Shown one piece after another: positions 62,301 through 64,000 of a DNA stretch of 64,000 bases; position 1 is the first letter of the stretch; the number at the start of each line of letters is the position of its first letter. The DNA comes from Takakia lepidozioides (lineage: Eukaryota; Plantae; Bryophyta). The position numbers were made by a program, and so were the translations under genes. Below the pieces are notes generated by a model. It did not search any database. It worked only from the letters and a program-made list of their open reading frames with translations, and had not been told where the DNA came from. The stretch is taken from NCBI GenBank assembly GCA_030704615.1, contig CM060733.1, forward strand, positions 68,572,001-68,636,000, given 5' to 3'.

Positions 62301-63550
62301 CTTGAAAGTACCCGCAGGAGCTTGGCTGGAGACAATGAATGGATGATGGGTTGTGCCAGTCCAATCCGTCTCATTTCTCCATCCTCCTTTGGAGAGAAAG
62401 TGGAAGCAGGCGGGATTGAGGTACCTCAGCTTCCCCGCACAGAGGACGTATCGTACACGAACACCATCAGTAATTTTCGTGCTACTGGTCTTTGTCACAC
62501 ACCAGGGGTGTCCGTCATGCTTTCGATCCATGTCTGTTAACATCCCTGAGGCTTTGTTTGACAAAGTAACAGGTGGAAACTCGAAGATGACATTGCCATC
62601 GACTTCGGGATGTAGATACGTTACCTTCCTGACTGGAAATTTGGCATAGTCGAGAGCAGCCAGCTCGGAGCGAAACCATCGAGGTGATGTTGCCGTAGGA
62701 GCTGCACAATGGACCGGGTTGGAGTTATGCTCGAGGGTACATGCGTAGCACCTGCAGAGACGTCCATGTCAGATTTGAACGACCGTGTGGAGGACATGGG
62801 GACCTCAATGCACTCATCTTCCTCGTCGGAAATGTCGAATACGTCCACACGAGAAGCTATGGAGGGTCTTGACGGTCCAGGTCGGGAATGATTATCGTTG
62901 CATACCTCTCTGTTGGCAGTGGCCGCCTGTCGGTTTCCCGACTCCTTTGTGGATGGTGTGGGCAGCGACTGGTTCGGAAAGGGAATGGGCATTCCCACAG
63001 CTCGGTACAGGATGGTGTCTGATGGGGGTACGTACCATTCTATTCCGCAACCTCCGTCGTTACCTAGCACGACAAATGGTCTCGTCAACCTGTCTAGGAA
63101 CATCCTTCCTTTCTTCTTCCAAATAAACTCTGCCCGGTTTGAGCTTGAATTTGGAACAAAGGTAAGTTTCATTCACTCTGCAAAGTCCTCCCTCGTTTGG
63201 GATCCAGGCTCTCCCAAGTTGCGAAGGACAGCAAACTATAGCGTAGGAATTCGGAGCCATCGAAGACCGCACGAAGTTGGCAAGTGCGAGGTTCAGTATA
63301 GCGACAGACCAAGGCTCACAGGCACCATCTAAGTGGATCTGCGGAGACCATCGACGATTGGAAGTCGCACATTGAAGTGGAAAGTATTGTTTCAAGCTAC
63401 ATGCATGAAGGTGGGAGGTGTGATTCCATATCCAGTAAGTCTGACAATGATGGCCGATTCGGCGACGAAATAACATCTCCTGACAGTTTCTCTTGAGGGT
63501 GGATCCAGCAGTATTCTCGGTGCAGACATGAACGTTCGCACTGACAAGTG
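59380..63550 (-). pseudogene. MULE-like DDE transposase with a GCM-like Zn-binding region, frameshifted
   Basis: FDHIKR (D), FMADNAQANW (D), SCGFHW (CxxH), TNMAESVHSSW (E); upstream CAG.L...NPAC...KCAHCKEPP.C...C...HVGVHCHP. Including 59380-59700 is tentative. Confidence 0.75.
60322..60463. repeat. GCTGTG-based ~10-bp minisatellite
   Basis: GCTGTGNNNN repeated about 14 times. Confidence 0.9.
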
Positions 63551-63639
63551 CCAGGACTGTTAGTTAAAACGGTTAGACAACCAAGTTGTGCTCATTAAGA
63601 TAGGCCGCAATTGTGTTGTTTCGGAACAATGCAGCCCAT

Positions 63640-64000
63640 TGAGGTTCCGCATGCGGAAATGAGGTTCCGCATTTCCGTCCAGAGTGATACTTTCGATTGC
63701 TGTTGGACGGAAATACGGCGCCGCATTTCCGTTTTGCATCTTAGTCATGCACCAGTGCGACGAAAATGCGGCACACCCCCGTCCGGGGAAACCTTTATAC
63801 TCTCCAGAACGGAAATGCGGGTGCCGCATTTCCATCCAACAAGTACGGTATGTGACAGTGGAACGGAAATTCGGTACCGCTTTTCCGTTCTGATTGAAAA
63901 TCATGAACCACTGGAACTGAAATGCGGCACAGCATTTCCGTCCGAGTCGCACCTTCCGACATTCCACAACGGAAATGCGGCGCCGCATTTCCGTTTTGTA
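63640..64000. repeat. Palindromic GGAAATGCGGCGCCGCATTTCC repeat cluster
   Basis: Perfect 28-bp palindrome at 63968-63995, with degenerate copies near 63655, 63709, 63810, 63864 and 63920. Confidence 0.88.

Overview
Repeat-dense eukaryotic nuclear DNA from a land plant. PLS-type PPR, F-box/kelch and SFT2 remnants show it is a plant; a non-seed lineage is my inference from the TE families. No intact host gene is visible. Contents in order: an F-box/kelch pseudogene; two head-to-head copies of a non-autonomous gypsy-like element carrying a captured SFT2/Got1 fragment; three copies of a young Galadriel-like chromovirus (two with clean 5-bp TSDs); a strand-skewed 8-kb tract with an orphan ORF and a 5'-truncated LINE RT; degenerate PPR fragments; a spliced ParB/Srx-motif gene between palindromic repeat arrays; MULE-like transposase genes with a GCM-like Zn region; and a CACTA Tnp2 fragment. 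The most unusual object is a 10.2-kb minus-strand Ty3/gypsy element (23482-33658). Its polyprotein reads gag-PR-[DNMT3-like cytosine methyltransferase]-RT-RH-INT-[PHD finger]. Its ends are split direct repeats (B-internal-A-B-A) rather than two equal LTRs. Its primer site is complementary to its own terminal repeat rather than to a tRNA. Frequent 1-bp indels suggest that some frameshifts are long-read errors.
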